Source: a virus
DNA: 64,000 nucleotides
Direction: 5' to 3' (one strand)
Virus record (IMG/VR): IMGVR_UViG_3300015050_000902
Location: 2,581 to 66,580 of that record
Position numbers and translations under genes: made by a program. Below are positions 36,789 to 46,645 of the stretch, piece by piece; position 1 is the stretch's first letter; each line of letters begins with the position of its first letter. The notes under the pieces were generated by a model, which did not search any database, was not told where the DNA came from, and saw only the letters and a list, made by a program, of their open reading frames with translations.

Positions 36789-37514
36789 TTACTTCTCCGG
36801 TGGCGCGAGCAGAACCGGCTCCGGCGTTACCGCCACGGTAACATCGGGCGGCGGCGCGAGCACGGCCGGCAGATCGGCCTTGACAACGCGGGTCTGCTTG
36901 TAGCGCCAGATCGCGTAGATCGCGACGGCGACGGCCACGCCGATTGCGAGCGCCCAGATCGGGTTGAAGCCACCCTGCACCGCGGTTGCGGTTGCGGAGG
37001 TACCACCACCGGCGGCGACAGTGCCCTTCTGCTTGGCGGTTGCCACCTTCGGAGCAGCGCCGGACATCACGCGCTTTTGTGCGTCGACCCAGATCGGATC
37101 AGCGACAGGCATGGGCTTGCCGGCTTCGTGGGCGGCCTGCACCTTGAGGAACGTCACGCCGTTCGGGCCGCGCCAGAACTCGTCGTTCATGACGGTGTTG
37201 CGCGTCATGCTCGGAATTTTGCGGGTCACATGGGTGATGTAGGCCTCGACGTGATTGCCGCCGGACCAAATTTTCAGCGCTGCCGCCAGCGTCTTGTTGC
37301 GGTAGTTCTGGGACGAGCGCCACAGATCGAGCTGCGCGCAGATGCCCCCGACCCACTCCTCGAAGATCGCGATCTTGTTCCCCTTGCCGTTGCCACCTTG
37401 TCCGGTGCCATCGTTCAGGTAGACCCAGCTCTTCGAGCCCCACTTCGTGGCGCGAGCGTTGGGCCACATGGCGCCGGGGTTCTTATAGCGGATTGCTGCG
37501 GGTTCGCGGGCCAT
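36789..37514 (-). CDS. Putative endolysin (NPG-type lysozyme-like) with C-terminal TM anchor
   Basis: IRYKNPGA, F.....G..A...L, TL..A...W, N....Y...V pattern; hydrophobic C-terminal helix; adjacent holin candidates. Confidence 0.65.
   Translation of the reverse strand: MAREPAAIRYKNPGAMWPNARATKWGSKSWVYLNDGTGQGGNGKGNKIAIFEEWVGGICAQLDLWRSSQNYRNKTLAAALKIWSGGNHVEAYITHVTRKIPSMTRNTVMNDEFWRGPNGVTFLKVQAAHEAGKPMPVADPIWVDAQKRVMSGAAPKVATAKQKGTVAAGGGTSATATAVQGGFNPIWALAIGVAVAVAIYAIWRYKQTRVVKADLPAVLAPPPDVTVAVTPEPVLLAPPEK
36827..36841. repeat. TTACCGYNRCGGTAA palindrome (in CDS)
   Basis: ttaccgccacggtaa. Confidence 0.9.
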
Positions 37515-37523
37515 CTGAATACC

Positions 37524-37844
37524 TCAGGTTGCGACGATGTAAAATTCGATGCTGTCGTTCTTGATCTCGCCGCGGCTGTCCGTGAATTGCACAAGCACGG
37601 TAAAGACTTCCTGAACGGCACCGCCGGCGAGGAAGAACACGATCGCTTGAGAAGGCGTGATCGCGACCCCACTGATCACGACACCAGTAGGTGCGGGATC
37701 GTTGGCCGGATCGAGCTGCACGGTCAGGTTGGTCTCGGTGAGGGTCGCGTTGACGTCCTCCAGGAAGTCGGAGCAATCGATCGTGTATTTGATCTTGTTG
37801 CCCGCACCGTGCGAGCGGCGTCCAAGGGTTGGCTGGGTGCTCAT
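37524..37844 (-). CDS. Fibre-tail adaptor-like Ig-fold protein
   Basis: YTIDCSDFL...FFLAGG...; paralog of the N-terminus of 37854-39137. Confidence 0.6.
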   Translation of the reverse strand: MSTQPTLGRRSHGAGNKIKYTIDCSDFLEDVNATLTETNLTVQLDPANDPAPTGVVISGVAITPSQAIVFFLAGGAVQEVFTVLVQFTDSRGEIKNDSIEFYIVAT

Positions 37845-37853
37845 GGCGGTTCC

Positions 37854-39140
<1,287 letters not shown>

Positions 39141-39263
39141 TCACCTCGCCGGTACGGTGAAGGTCCGCGGCACAGGTTGGACGACGAACGTGCGCGAGGG
39201 CGCCGGCACCGTGAACTCGCGGTTCGGTGCGGCTACGACAAAATCTGGTGAGCTGTCTGCCAT
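39141..39263 (-). CDS. 40-aa protein with three R.F.V repeats
   Basis: TGATG-coupled; REFTVP/RTFVVQ/RTFTVP. Confidence 0.5.
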   Translation of the reverse strand: MADSSPDFVVAAPNREFTVPAPSRTFVVQPVPRTFTVPAR

Positions 39264-39967
39264 CAGTTGATCACCGTTCCAAAGCCCCGGATGACAGGCG
39301 GCGGCGGTGCGCCACCAGCGAGCACGTCGACGGAGAACATCCACGGCGTCTCGCTCGGGCTGCCGGTGAGCGTCTGCCCGCTGAGCGCGGTGGGCTGCAC
39401 CTTGTAGCCGCCCACCGTATAGGTTCGGTTGCTACCAGAGACCGGCTCGTTATTGACCGGGCCCATGTCGGTATATCCGGACGGCGACGCCTGCGTGAAC
39501 GAAGCCGCGCGCGTGGTCTGGTGCGTGATGACCAGCACATCGTTCGCGTCCCAGGCGATGCCGCCGACGGACGGCGAAGAGCCGGCACCGATGTTGCCTG
39601 CTTCAAACGGGAGACCAGCGTTGGTGTCCCACGGGTTCGCGGTGTCGAATACCCCTGTCACGGAGAAGAGGATGAGCGTGCGGGTGTTGAGCGAGTTGTC
39701 GGTAAACGAGATGTTCGCAGAGGAGAGCTGCGAAGCAGCGTATGCCCACCATACTTCCTGGGTCGTGACCGCACCGCTGCCGTCGGTCTGGCTCTTCGTG
39801 GAACGCTGCACCCACGTCAGACCGCCGCCAGTGACGGCCGACACCGAGCACGCCGCGCTGCTGCACAGGGCGATCAGCGCCACGACGATACGACCAGCAC
39901 CGGAGTTGGAATAGGCGCCAAACCCGTTGGTCACACTGACCGAGACATTCTCTGCTGCAATCGCCAT
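39263..39967 (-). CDS. Virion surface/fibre-tip protein
   Basis: 234 aa, S/T/G beta-rich, between fibre genes. Confidence 0.65.
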   Translation of the reverse strand: MAIAAENVSVSVTNGFGAYSNSGAGRIVVALIALCSSAACSVSAVTGGGLTWVQRSTKSQTDGSGAVTTQEVWWAYAASQLSSANISFTDNSLNTRTLILFSVTGVFDTANPWDTNAGLPFEAGNIGAGSSPSVGGIAWDANDVLVITHQTTRAASFTQASPSGYTDMGPVNNEPVSGSNRTYTVGGYKVQPTALSGQTLTGSPSETPWMFSVDVLAGGAPPPPVIRGFGTVIN

Positions 39968-40752
39968 TAGAGCCTCGTGACCTTGAGCGCGCAGGTGACC
40001 CGCGTGATCGTGGAGCAGCTGTTGACATTGAACGCGAGGACGTCACCCGCGGCAAGCGAGGTGGTCCAGCCGGTGAGCGTGGTGTCTTCCGACTTCTTCG
40101 CAGCCGAGATCGTTGGCGGCGCGCTCGCGGTGATCTTGTCGCCAGATGCCGGATGCGTCGGCGGATCGAAGTCCGTGTAGGTGCAGCGGAAGATGTCCAC
40201 CACCACGCTGCCGGTCTGATCGGCGAGCAGAGTGTTGGCCGTGATCACGCAGGCGAAGTCGACGCGCAGATAGCCAGCGATGCCGGTACCGATGACCGCA
40301 CCGACGCCGTCGATGACGAACTCCAGGCCGGCAACCTGGGACGGCCCGGTCGCACCGGTGGAGCCCGTTACGCCGGCGGTGCCGGAGGGACCAGTGGGGC
40401 CGGTCGGGCCGCCGCTCGGGCCAGTCACGCCGGAAGGACCCGTCGGGCCAGTGCCAAACGGTCCGGTGTTGCCAGTCGGGCCGGTGGCGCCGAGGGCATC
40501 GAGGCCAGTCGGACCGACGTTGCCCGGAGGACCCGTGTAGCCAGTAAGGCCACGAGGACCCGTGCCGCCGGTCGGACCCGTGGTGCCTGATCCGGTCGCG
40601 CCGGTGGGACCGGTGTTGCCGGTGGGCGCAGGTGTGCCGCTCGGGCCGGTGTTGCCCGTCGGACCCGTGGGGCCGCCAGACGGACCCGTGGGGCCGCCAA
40701 TGACCACGACCGGCATCGCCATGATTGCGGCTGGTTCTACGACCTGGACCAT
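39967..40752 (-). CDS. Collagen-like fibre protein
   Basis: [11 protein letters not shown] repeats plus C-terminal beta domain. Confidence 0.85.
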   Translation of the reverse strand: MVQVVEPAAIMAMPVVVIGGPTGPSGGPTGPTGNTGPSGTPAPTGNTGPTGATGSGTTGPTGGTGPRGLTGYTGPPGNVGPTGLDALGATGPTGNTGPFGTGPTGPSGVTGPSGGPTGPTGPSGTAGVTGSTGATGPSQVAGLEFVIDGVGAVIGTGIAGYLRVDFACVITANTLLADQTGSVVVDIFRCTYTDFDPPTHPASGDKITASAPPTISAAKKSEDTTLTGWTTSLAAGDVLAFNVNSCSTITRVTCALKVTRL

Positions 40753-40753
40753 C

Positions 40754-41125
40754 TCAATTCTCCGTGACGCCTTGACTGATGAAGAGATGCCCCTGCATCA
40801 GCAGGACGCGGACCGGCGGGACGCTCTCGTCGAACATGATGAGGTCGTAGACATAGTCGTTGACCGGGAGGGCCGCCTGCAGGGCGGTGTCGCTCACGTT
40901 GAGGTGGAGCACGCGCAGCACAGCATCGTCGACGATGATCTCGCTGTTGGCGTCATCGAGCGTGAGCAGCGGCGTGACGTCATCGCGCGAGGCCTTGATC
41001 TCCAGGATGAAGTGTTGGCCGGTGAAGCTCCACGACGTATCGCCCTCCGTCCCGAACCGGAAGGCATCCTGGAGCGTGGCGTTGTTCGACGCGTAGATGT
41101 TGACGCATGCTGCTGTGCGGGCCAT
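40754..41125 (-). CDS. BppU-like Ig-fold fibre attachment protein
   Basis: W.FTG..., YVYDL...L..G...I..GVT pattern. Confidence 0.65.
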   Translation of the reverse strand: MARTAACVNIYASNNATLQDAFRFGTEGDTSWSFTGQHFILEIKASRDDVTPLLTLDDANSEIIVDDAVLRVLHLNVSDTALQAALPVNDYVYDLIMFDESVPPVRVLLMQGHLFISQGVTEN

Positions 41126-41769
41126 CAGAACCTCCGATCGCTACCGCCGCCGGTCGCGGGCACACCGCTCTGCTGGCTGTCGGTGCGGAACGATTGCGGG
41201 AAGCGCCATGCCTGCGTGCCGTTCGTGTTCGCGCGCAGCTTGCTGACACGAGCGCGAGCGATGGCGTCACGGAAGCGCTTGAGATGGTAGGAGGCCATGC
41301 GCTCGTTGGCATAGCTCTTGTTGGGCTGCGACATCATCTTGCCGAGGAGCCCGTCGAGAATACCGACGTGCCAGATCGGCAGGACCCAGTCGGGCGCGAC
41401 TGGCATTTGATCGCGCTGCGTCGGGAGCGCGCAGTTCGTCACGACCTCAGCATAGTAGGTCTGGTCGCTGTTCGGTGCGTACCCGAGCAGCAGCTCGCCG
41501 ATGTTCGGCATGACCGCCGGCACCGGGTAGCCCGCGGCGTCGGAGACCATCACAAGCCGGATGATCTGGCCCTCGTTGACCTGCAGCGGGTAGACGCGCG
41601 AGGTCGTGACGGCGTTGACCAGAACGGTCTGCGTCCAGCACGAGCTATCGTTGAAGAACTCGGTGAGCACGTCATACAGCTCACCCTTGAGACCCTTGTC
41701 GGACACGCCGACGAGCTTCACGGTGGCCTGAGTGATCAGCTGATCCCAGTCTCGTTTCTCGATGGCCAT
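41125..41769 (-). CDS. Head-tail adaptor protein
   Basis: EFF..S.CW, G.L..MM.QP.K.Y.N...A.YH...F; position after capsid. Confidence 0.7.
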   Translation of the reverse strand: MAIEKRDWDQLITQATVKLVGVSDKGLKGELYDVLTEFFNDSSCWTQTVLVNAVTTSRVYPLQVNEGQIIRLVMVSDAAGYPVPAVMPNIGELLLGYAPNSDQTYYAEVVTNCALPTQRDQMPVAPDWVLPIWHVGILDGLLGKMMSQPNKSYANERMASYHLKRFRDAIARARVSKLRANTNGTQAWRFPQSFRTDSQQSGVPATGGGSDRRF

Positions 41770-42164
41770 TATGCTGCTCCCGGTTGCGGCGCGCTGGGCG
41801 TGGGCTTGCCGACGAGCATGGTGTTGAACAGGTTGAGGAAGGCGGACGCGCGGGCATCCTGGATGTCTTCTTGGTCGCGCATCAGCGCGTGCGCCACCAT
41901 GCCGTAGAGGATCGCCATGCGGAACGGTTCTTCCATCTGCACCTCGGTGCCGTCCTTGCCCTGGAAGCTCTGGACGCCCTTCTTGCCGGGCGCGCATTTG
42001 TTGTAGAGGAACAGGTCGGCGCGCAGCCGGCGCGCTTCGAGCAGCGTCACGTTCATCGCGACCACGAGACTGTCATCATCGTATCGGTACGGCGCGATCG
42101 TGTCCTGCAGGAGGACGCGCCCGTCGTCGATGTAGTCGTTGATGGTGTCGAGCGCTGAGGACAT
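41769..42164 (-). CDS. Head completion/adaptor protein
   Basis: R.LLQD...RY.D..L....N......R.R.DLF. Confidence 0.7.
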   Translation of the reverse strand: MSSALDTINDYIDDGRVLLQDTIAPYRYDDDSLVVAMNVTLLEARRLRADLFLYNKCAPGKKGVQSFQGKDGTEVQMEEPFRMAILYGMVAHALMRDQEDIQDARASAFLNLFNTMLVGKPTPSAPQPGAA

Positions 42165-42181
42165 GGACGGACCCGCCAAAG

Positions 42182-42212
42182 AAAAGCCCCCGCAGCATTA
42201 CCCGCGGGGGCC
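42182..42212 (-). terminator. Rho-independent terminator after major capsid gene
   Basis: GCCCCCGC stem followed by a U-rich tract on the - strand. Confidence 0.75.
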
Positions 42213-42227
42213 TTAATCTTTGGTTTA
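42213..42227. promoter_or_regulatory. CtrA-like box (1 mismatch)
   Basis: ttaatctttggttta upstream of the adaptor genes. Confidence 0.45.
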
Positions 42228-42242
42228 CAGACCGAGCAGCGC

Positions 42243-43253
42243 TTAGCTGTTCGGGGTCACCTGCGCCTGGACCAGCGCCTTGCCGTCGACGACCTGATAG
42301 CCGTAGACCTGAAGGCCGCGGAGGATTTGACCGAAGGTCAGCTCCGACCGCAGGGTCTCCACCTTGCTGATCTGCGAGGCGAAGGTCAGTCCGTGGGCAT
42401 GGCCCGCGAAGATCGGCCACTCGCCGGCGTCGAAGTTGGCGGCGTCGGTGCTGTTGTTCGGCAGCAGGTTGGAGATGTAGATCGTGAACCGATCCACCAT
42501 GCCCAGCCGGCCGTTGCGCAGCATCGAGACGCTGTCACCCGACAGGTATGCCTGACGCAGTTCGGACTGTTTGATCATCCGGCCAGCCCACGACGGCATG
42601 ACGACCCAGCGGCCGACTTCCGGAATGTTCTGTTCGTCGAGCACCTGACCCATGCGCATCAGCACGTCCAGGAGTTCGATGTCGCCGACGCCCGGGTTCT
42701 TGGAGACCACGCTGAGCGGGGTACCCTTGACACCGAGGTTGATGTTGCCCGTGATGGCGCCCGCCGAGATGCCGCGGTTGGCCGCGACCATCTGGTTGAC
42801 GATACCATCGAGCACATCGCTGTCGACCGTGATCTTCAGCTGCTGCGCCGCGTCGTCCGACCACATGGAGAGGACGTTCAGATCGCTCTGAATTTCCATC
42901 ACGTCGTCGAGGATCAGCGAGAAGTACTTGCCGTTGCCGATGTACAGCTCGACGGTGCCGCCGGTCGGGCGGTCGAGGCCGAGCAGGCCGTCGGACTTGT
43001 AGTCGTGGATGGTGATCGTCGGCTTCGTGCGGATTTTGACACGATCGCCCTTGTTCTTGATCTCGCCTTCGTAGTCGGTATTCGAGATCGCGGCGAGCAC
43101 GGTGCTCGCGTAGAACTTCTCGACGAGCTTGCCCGACCAGATTTCCGGGATGAAGCCCGTGGTCTGGAGGGAGTTGCCCGAGCTACCTACCGGGTAGATG
43201 GCTGGCGAAGAGCCCGACGTTGCGCCGGGAAAACCTGCTGAGGGAATGGGCAT
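42243..43253 (-). CDS. Major capsid protein (HK97 fold)
   Basis: FIPEIWSGKL...NTDYEGEI...GD.VKI, GRWVVMP, FGQILRGLQVYG; after scaffold, before terminator. Confidence 0.92.
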   Translation of the reverse strand: MPIPSAGFPGATSGSSPAIYPVGSSGNSLQTTGFIPEIWSGKLVEKFYASTVLAAISNTDYEGEIKNKGDRVKIRTKPTITIHDYKSDGLLGLDRPTGGTVELYIGNGKYFSLILDDVMEIQSDLNVLSMWSDDAAQQLKITVDSDVLDGIVNQMVAANRGISAGAITGNINLGVKGTPLSVVSKNPGVGDIELLDVLMRMGQVLDEQNIPEVGRWVVMPSWAGRMIKQSELRQAYLSGDSVSMLRNGRLGMVDRFTIYISNLLPNNSTDAANFDAGEWPIFAGHAHGLTFASQISKVETLRSELTFGQILRGLQVYGYQVVDGKALVQAQVTPNS

Positions 43254-43292
43254 GGCTGAAAGCCCCAATCTGTGGGGCTCGTAAGCCCCGGG

Positions 43293-44447
43293 TTATCGGA
43301 TACGCCCTTCTCTCTGTGCCGCCTGAAGATCAGCTTCGATTTGTCTGTACTCGGCTTCGCGGCCGGCATAGACGCCTTTGCGGCTGTCATCATAGAACTT
43401 GGAGATTTGGGCGCGGGTGTAGATCGGCTTTTCGCTGGGCACCTGGGTGTCTCCCGATGCCGGCCTAGCCCTGCCGGGGGCTGCGAGGGTCTCCAGGTTC
43501 ACAGCAGCGTGTCGAGGAGCGGGACCGGGGTCCTGCTGTTCGAGCTGTTGCGCCGGAGCTTGCATGCCCGTGGCGTGTGCTTCCGCAATAAAGTCCTTGA
43601 AGAGCGCGATCGTCTGCGGGGCATTTGCGCCGTCGACTGCCGCCTTCAACATGTTCCCTCGTAGCTGACCAGTGTAAACGTTCGGTAAACGCAGCCACGA
43701 CTTGAACTGGACGGAGGTGTTGATCTGCCGCCAGTTGGGGATGTCACGATCGAGAACCTGGAAGAGTTCGCGCTTGCTCGTCGACTGCACGCGCTGCGTC
43801 AATTGCTGGTTCTGCGCCCGCAATTGTTCGAGTTCGGGGGTCACGCTCTCGCGCGCGGCGCGGCGTGCGAGGTCGATCAGCTCATCGCCGTAGGCCTCCC
43901 GGTCGGCTTCGGTGATCAAGTTACCGTGATCACCCCCGCGAGCACGAATTTGTTCTTGCGTCGGCGCCTGCTGGTTCTGCAGCAGGTTCTGGGTGGAGAC
44001 CAGCTCCTGCCCGAGCTGGCGCATCTGTTCCTCCATGCCGGCGCATTCCCGCACCTTGGCCTGGAAGCGTCCCTGCATCGACAGGAAGCGGTGGCGCCAT
44101 TCCTCGGCGGTGACGTTCTGGTCGGCCGCCGACGGCGCGGGGTGCTGTTGGTCGCCCTGCTGCGCGACGAAGTTCTGGGCCTGTGCGGCGCGCGCGGCTT
44201 CGGCCTCGGCAGCCTGGGCATCGAGCTGGGCCTGGGACGGCTGGTTGACCGGCGCGGGCGGGGGCGGCTGCGGCAGGTCCTCCTTCTTCGGCGCGGGCGG
44301 CTGGTTGTCGTCGCGCGGGTAATACTGGCGATGCAGCTCCTCGGCAGCCGACGCGCCGGCGGCGACGTGATCGGGGATGCGCACGTTCGGGTCGATCGAG
44401 GCGGGGGTGGGATTGGTGATCTGCTTGAGACCTTCGTTGGCTGACAT
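43293..44447 (-). CDS. Capsid scaffolding protein
   Basis: Coiled coil, P/Q-rich, ends AQREGRIR, directly upstream of the capsid gene. Confidence 0.82.
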   Translation of the reverse strand: MSANEGLKQITNPTPASIDPNVRIPDHVAAGASAAEELHRQYYPRDDNQPPAPKKEDLPQPPPPAPVNQPSQAQLDAQAAEAEAARAAQAQNFVAQQGDQQHPAPSAADQNVTAEEWRHRFLSMQGRFQAKVRECAGMEEQMRQLGQELVSTQNLLQNQQAPTQEQIRARGGDHGNLITEADREAYGDELIDLARRAARESVTPELEQLRAQNQQLTQRVQSTSKRELFQVLDRDIPNWRQINTSVQFKSWLRLPNVYTGQLRGNMLKAAVDGANAPQTIALFKDFIAEAHATGMQAPAQQLEQQDPGPAPRHAAVNLETLAAPGRARPASGDTQVPSEKPIYTRAQISKFYDDSRKGVYAGREAEYRQIEADLQAAQREGRIR

Positions 44448-44701
44448 CAGGGCTGTCCTTGTGCGGTGGGGGGTGCGGAATGGCCGGCGGGATGGCGAAG
44501 CAACTTGAGCAGGTGCAGGAATGCCTGCGCCCGACCCTGTGCGTTGAGGATTTCGGATTGATCGGCGCTCGTTACCGCCACGGTAACTTCGGTCGCGTAG
44601 GCGTCGAACACCTGACAGAACTCGTCATACTCTTTCGGAGCGGCGATCTGCAGGCGGTGCGCGTATTGGGCTAGGATGTTGCTCGGGCTAAAGGACTTCA
44701 A
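44447..44701 (-). CDS. Small head-module protein
   Basis: TTG start overlapping the previous stop; AQGRAQA motif. Confidence 0.6.
   Translation of the reverse strand: MKSFSPSNILAQYAHRLQIAAPKEYDEFCQVFDAYATEVTVAVTSADQSEILNAQGRAQAFLHLLKLLRHPAGHSAPPTAQGQP
44572..44586. repeat. TTACCGYNRCGGTAA palindrome (in CDS)
   Basis: gttaccgccacggtaac. Confidence 0.9.
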
Positions 44702-44928
44702 GCGATACCGTTTCCGCTCCAATGGCCGGAACCGAGCCCATCAGGGGCGGGAGCAGGTCGCTGGGGCTGTGCCATGGGGGTGGCTTTGCCGTAGGACTGA
44801 AAACTCGCGGGGCCACCACCGGTGGCGGCTGCGGGCAGGGTGCGCTGGGACGAGCCTTTGTTCGGCGCGTTGTCCAGGGTGCCCTTACGGGAATGCGGGG
44901 CGAGGGGGGTCATGTCTTTCTTGAACAT
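44698..44928 (-). CDS. Small G/P-rich protein
   Basis: Coupled; shares a YGK motif with the neighbour. Confidence 0.6.
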   Translation of the reverse strand: MFKKDMTPLAPHSRKGTLDNAPNKGSSQRTLPAAATGGGPASFQSYGKATPMAQPQRPAPAPDGLGSGHWSGNGIA

Positions 44929-45140
44929 CAGATGCCTCCGAGGCGACCGCTGCTGTCACCGGGACCGAACGGAGAGATCGGCGGGGGCGTGTCGAACCCG
45001 CGTTCCTTCTTGCCATAGTCCCGAGTGTTCTTGAGGTGAGGCTTGGGAGCCGCACCAGATGGCCCGACGCGCGACGGTCCGCCCGAGCTGGGGACAGCCG
45101 CCGGTTTACCCGGGCCGCGTGAGCTGATACCGCGTGCCAT
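44928..45140 (-). CDS. Small basic G/P-rich protein
   Basis: TAATG/TGATG coupling. Confidence 0.6.
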   Translation of the reverse strand: MARGISSRGPGKPAAVPSSGGPSRVGPSGAAPKPHLKNTRDYGKKERGFDTPPPISPFGPGDSSGRLGGI

Positions 45141-45361
45141 TATCGGGCGCTGGTAATGCCGGCCTGGGCGGGCATGGCGCCTGAATAGCCGAACATCTTG
45201 CCGGAGCCACCCTTGGCGAACTTGTCGCCCGGTGCGGAGCCGGAGCCCTTGTCGGTCGTGCCCGCGGCCTGCGGGCCAGCGGCCTGCTCACCGAACATGT
45301 GGGTCTTGCCACCTTTGGCGAACTCGACGTTGCTCTCGGTCTTTTTGGTGAACGCGGCCAT
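45140..45361 (-). CDS. Small protein with two FAKGG...MFG repeats
   Basis: AAGGAG RBS; internal duplication. Confidence 0.7.
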   Translation of the reverse strand: MAAFTKKTESNVEFAKGGKTHMFGEQAAGPQAAGTTDKGSGSAPGDKFAKGGSGKMFGYSGAMPAQAGITSAR

Positions 45362-45411
45362 TGGAAAGTCTCCTTGGGAACCTTGGTCGCGTTCACCTAA
45401 GCGCGTGGGGA

Positions 45412-45426
45412 TTAAAAACCCCTTAA
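45412..45426. promoter_or_regulatory. CtrA box (perfect TTAA-N7-TTAA)
   Basis: ttaaaaaccccttaa, about 50 bp upstream of the scaffold/capsid operon. Confidence 0.7.
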
Positions 45427-45986
45427 CGCTTGACCATCAGCAGGCGCTCGGCCTTGTGCGTCGTGAACTCCTCGATCTGCACGCCCTGCGGGAAGTGGCG
45501 ATACATGTGGATCAGATCGTTGTTCGGCACCTTGTAGGGGCAGACGTCCTCGACCGCGTAGACGCCGTCGCGCTTCAGGTAGGGGAACAGATCGCACAGC
45601 AGGTTGAGCTGCGGCAGCGGATCGTGCACGGCGTCGTCAACGATCAGGTCGAAGTCGCCGCCGAACCGCTCGATCACCTCGTGCAGCTGTCCGCTGTTGT
45701 AGGCGTCGCACTGCGCCGTCCGGATGCTCTGCTGGTCGTTGAAGATGAAGCGGTTGTCGTAGTCGATGCCGAAGATCGCCGCGTTCGGGAAATAGTCCCG
45801 CCATGCGAACAGGCTGGCGCCGACGACGTTGTTGGGGATGTCGCGGAAGCCGCAGATGCCGATCTCCAGCACACGCTTCACGTCGAAGCGCTTCTGCTCC
45901 AGATATTTTTCGTAGGCGGCGGTGTAGCCCCAGATGCCTTTGTCGGTACCGTATTTGGTGAATAGGCTTTCGAGATAGGTGTCCAT
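45423..45986 (-). CDS. Class I SAM-dependent methyltransferase (sugar O-methyltransferase-like)
   Basis: KYGTDK, VLEIGI, GASL..WRDYFPNA.IFGID, FDLIVDD..H, GVYAVED. Confidence 0.85.
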   Translation of the reverse strand: MDTYLESLFTKYGTDKGIWGYTAAYEKYLEQKRFDVKRVLEIGICGFRDIPNNVVGASLFAWRDYFPNAAIFGIDYDNRFIFNDQQSIRTAQCDAYNSGQLHEVIERFGGDFDLIVDDAVHDPLPQLNLLCDLFPYLKRDGVYAVEDVCPYKVPNNDLIHMYRHFPQGVQIEEFTTHKAERLLMVKR

Positions 45987-46645
45987 CAGCGTAGCTCCAG
46001 GTTGTCAAACATTGAAACGTTGTGATCGGCCTTGTACCAGTGGAAGGGCAGCTTGTGCTGCGCCTCGACACGGGCCCAGGTGTTCACTTCCCACTCGACG
46101 TTCTTCGTCGACGAGATATGCTTGCGCGCCGCGACACGGCACTCGAAGTCGAGCTGGTCAACCAGCTTGCGCGGAACGGCGAGGACGGAGCCACAAAATC
46201 TCCAGCACGGATAGGCACTCTCAATAGCGACAGGACGCTCTTGCCAGCAGCCGGGCGCGTAGATCGCCTTGTCATCGAGCTTCTCCATGAACTCGTAGAT
46301 GGCTTGGTTGTTGACCCCGGGCAGGCGGAAGATGCCGTAGTCGACCCACACCAGCACGTCGGCGTCGGGGTCTTCGTCCGCAGCCTGCACCAGCCACGAT
46401 GTCTTCTGGTGGTTGACGCAGTGATACACCAGCGAGTTCTTGCTGGGGTTGTCGTGCTCCGACGACTTCGGCGTGAACGGAAGCGTGTTGATGTACTTCG
46501 TCAGCCACAGGTCCTTCGGGTGCATGTAGAAGGCCTTCTTCTGAACGGGGACCCCGCTCAGCTTCTCCCCCAGCTCGCCGTACTCGACGGCGCTGCGGGG
46601 GTGTCCGGGGATGGGTACGTAGCCGGTGACGAGTTTAACCTTCAT
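45986..46645 (-). CDS. HtrL/WlaTC-like glycosyltransferase
   Basis: LVTGY, K...L..A...DP, WVDYGIF, WRFCGSV, EVNTWA, WYKADHN. Confidence 0.7.
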   Translation of the reverse strand: MKVKLVTGYVPIPGHPRSAVEYGELGEKLSGVPVQKKAFYMHPKDLWLTKYINTLPFTPKSSEHDNPSKNSLVYHCVNHQKTSWLVQAADEDPDADVLVWVDYGIFRLPGVNNQAIYEFMEKLDDKAIYAPGCWQERPVAIESAYPCWRFCGSVLAVPRKLVDQLDFECRVAARKHISSTKNVEWEVNTWARVEAQHKLPFHWYKADHNVSMFDNLELR

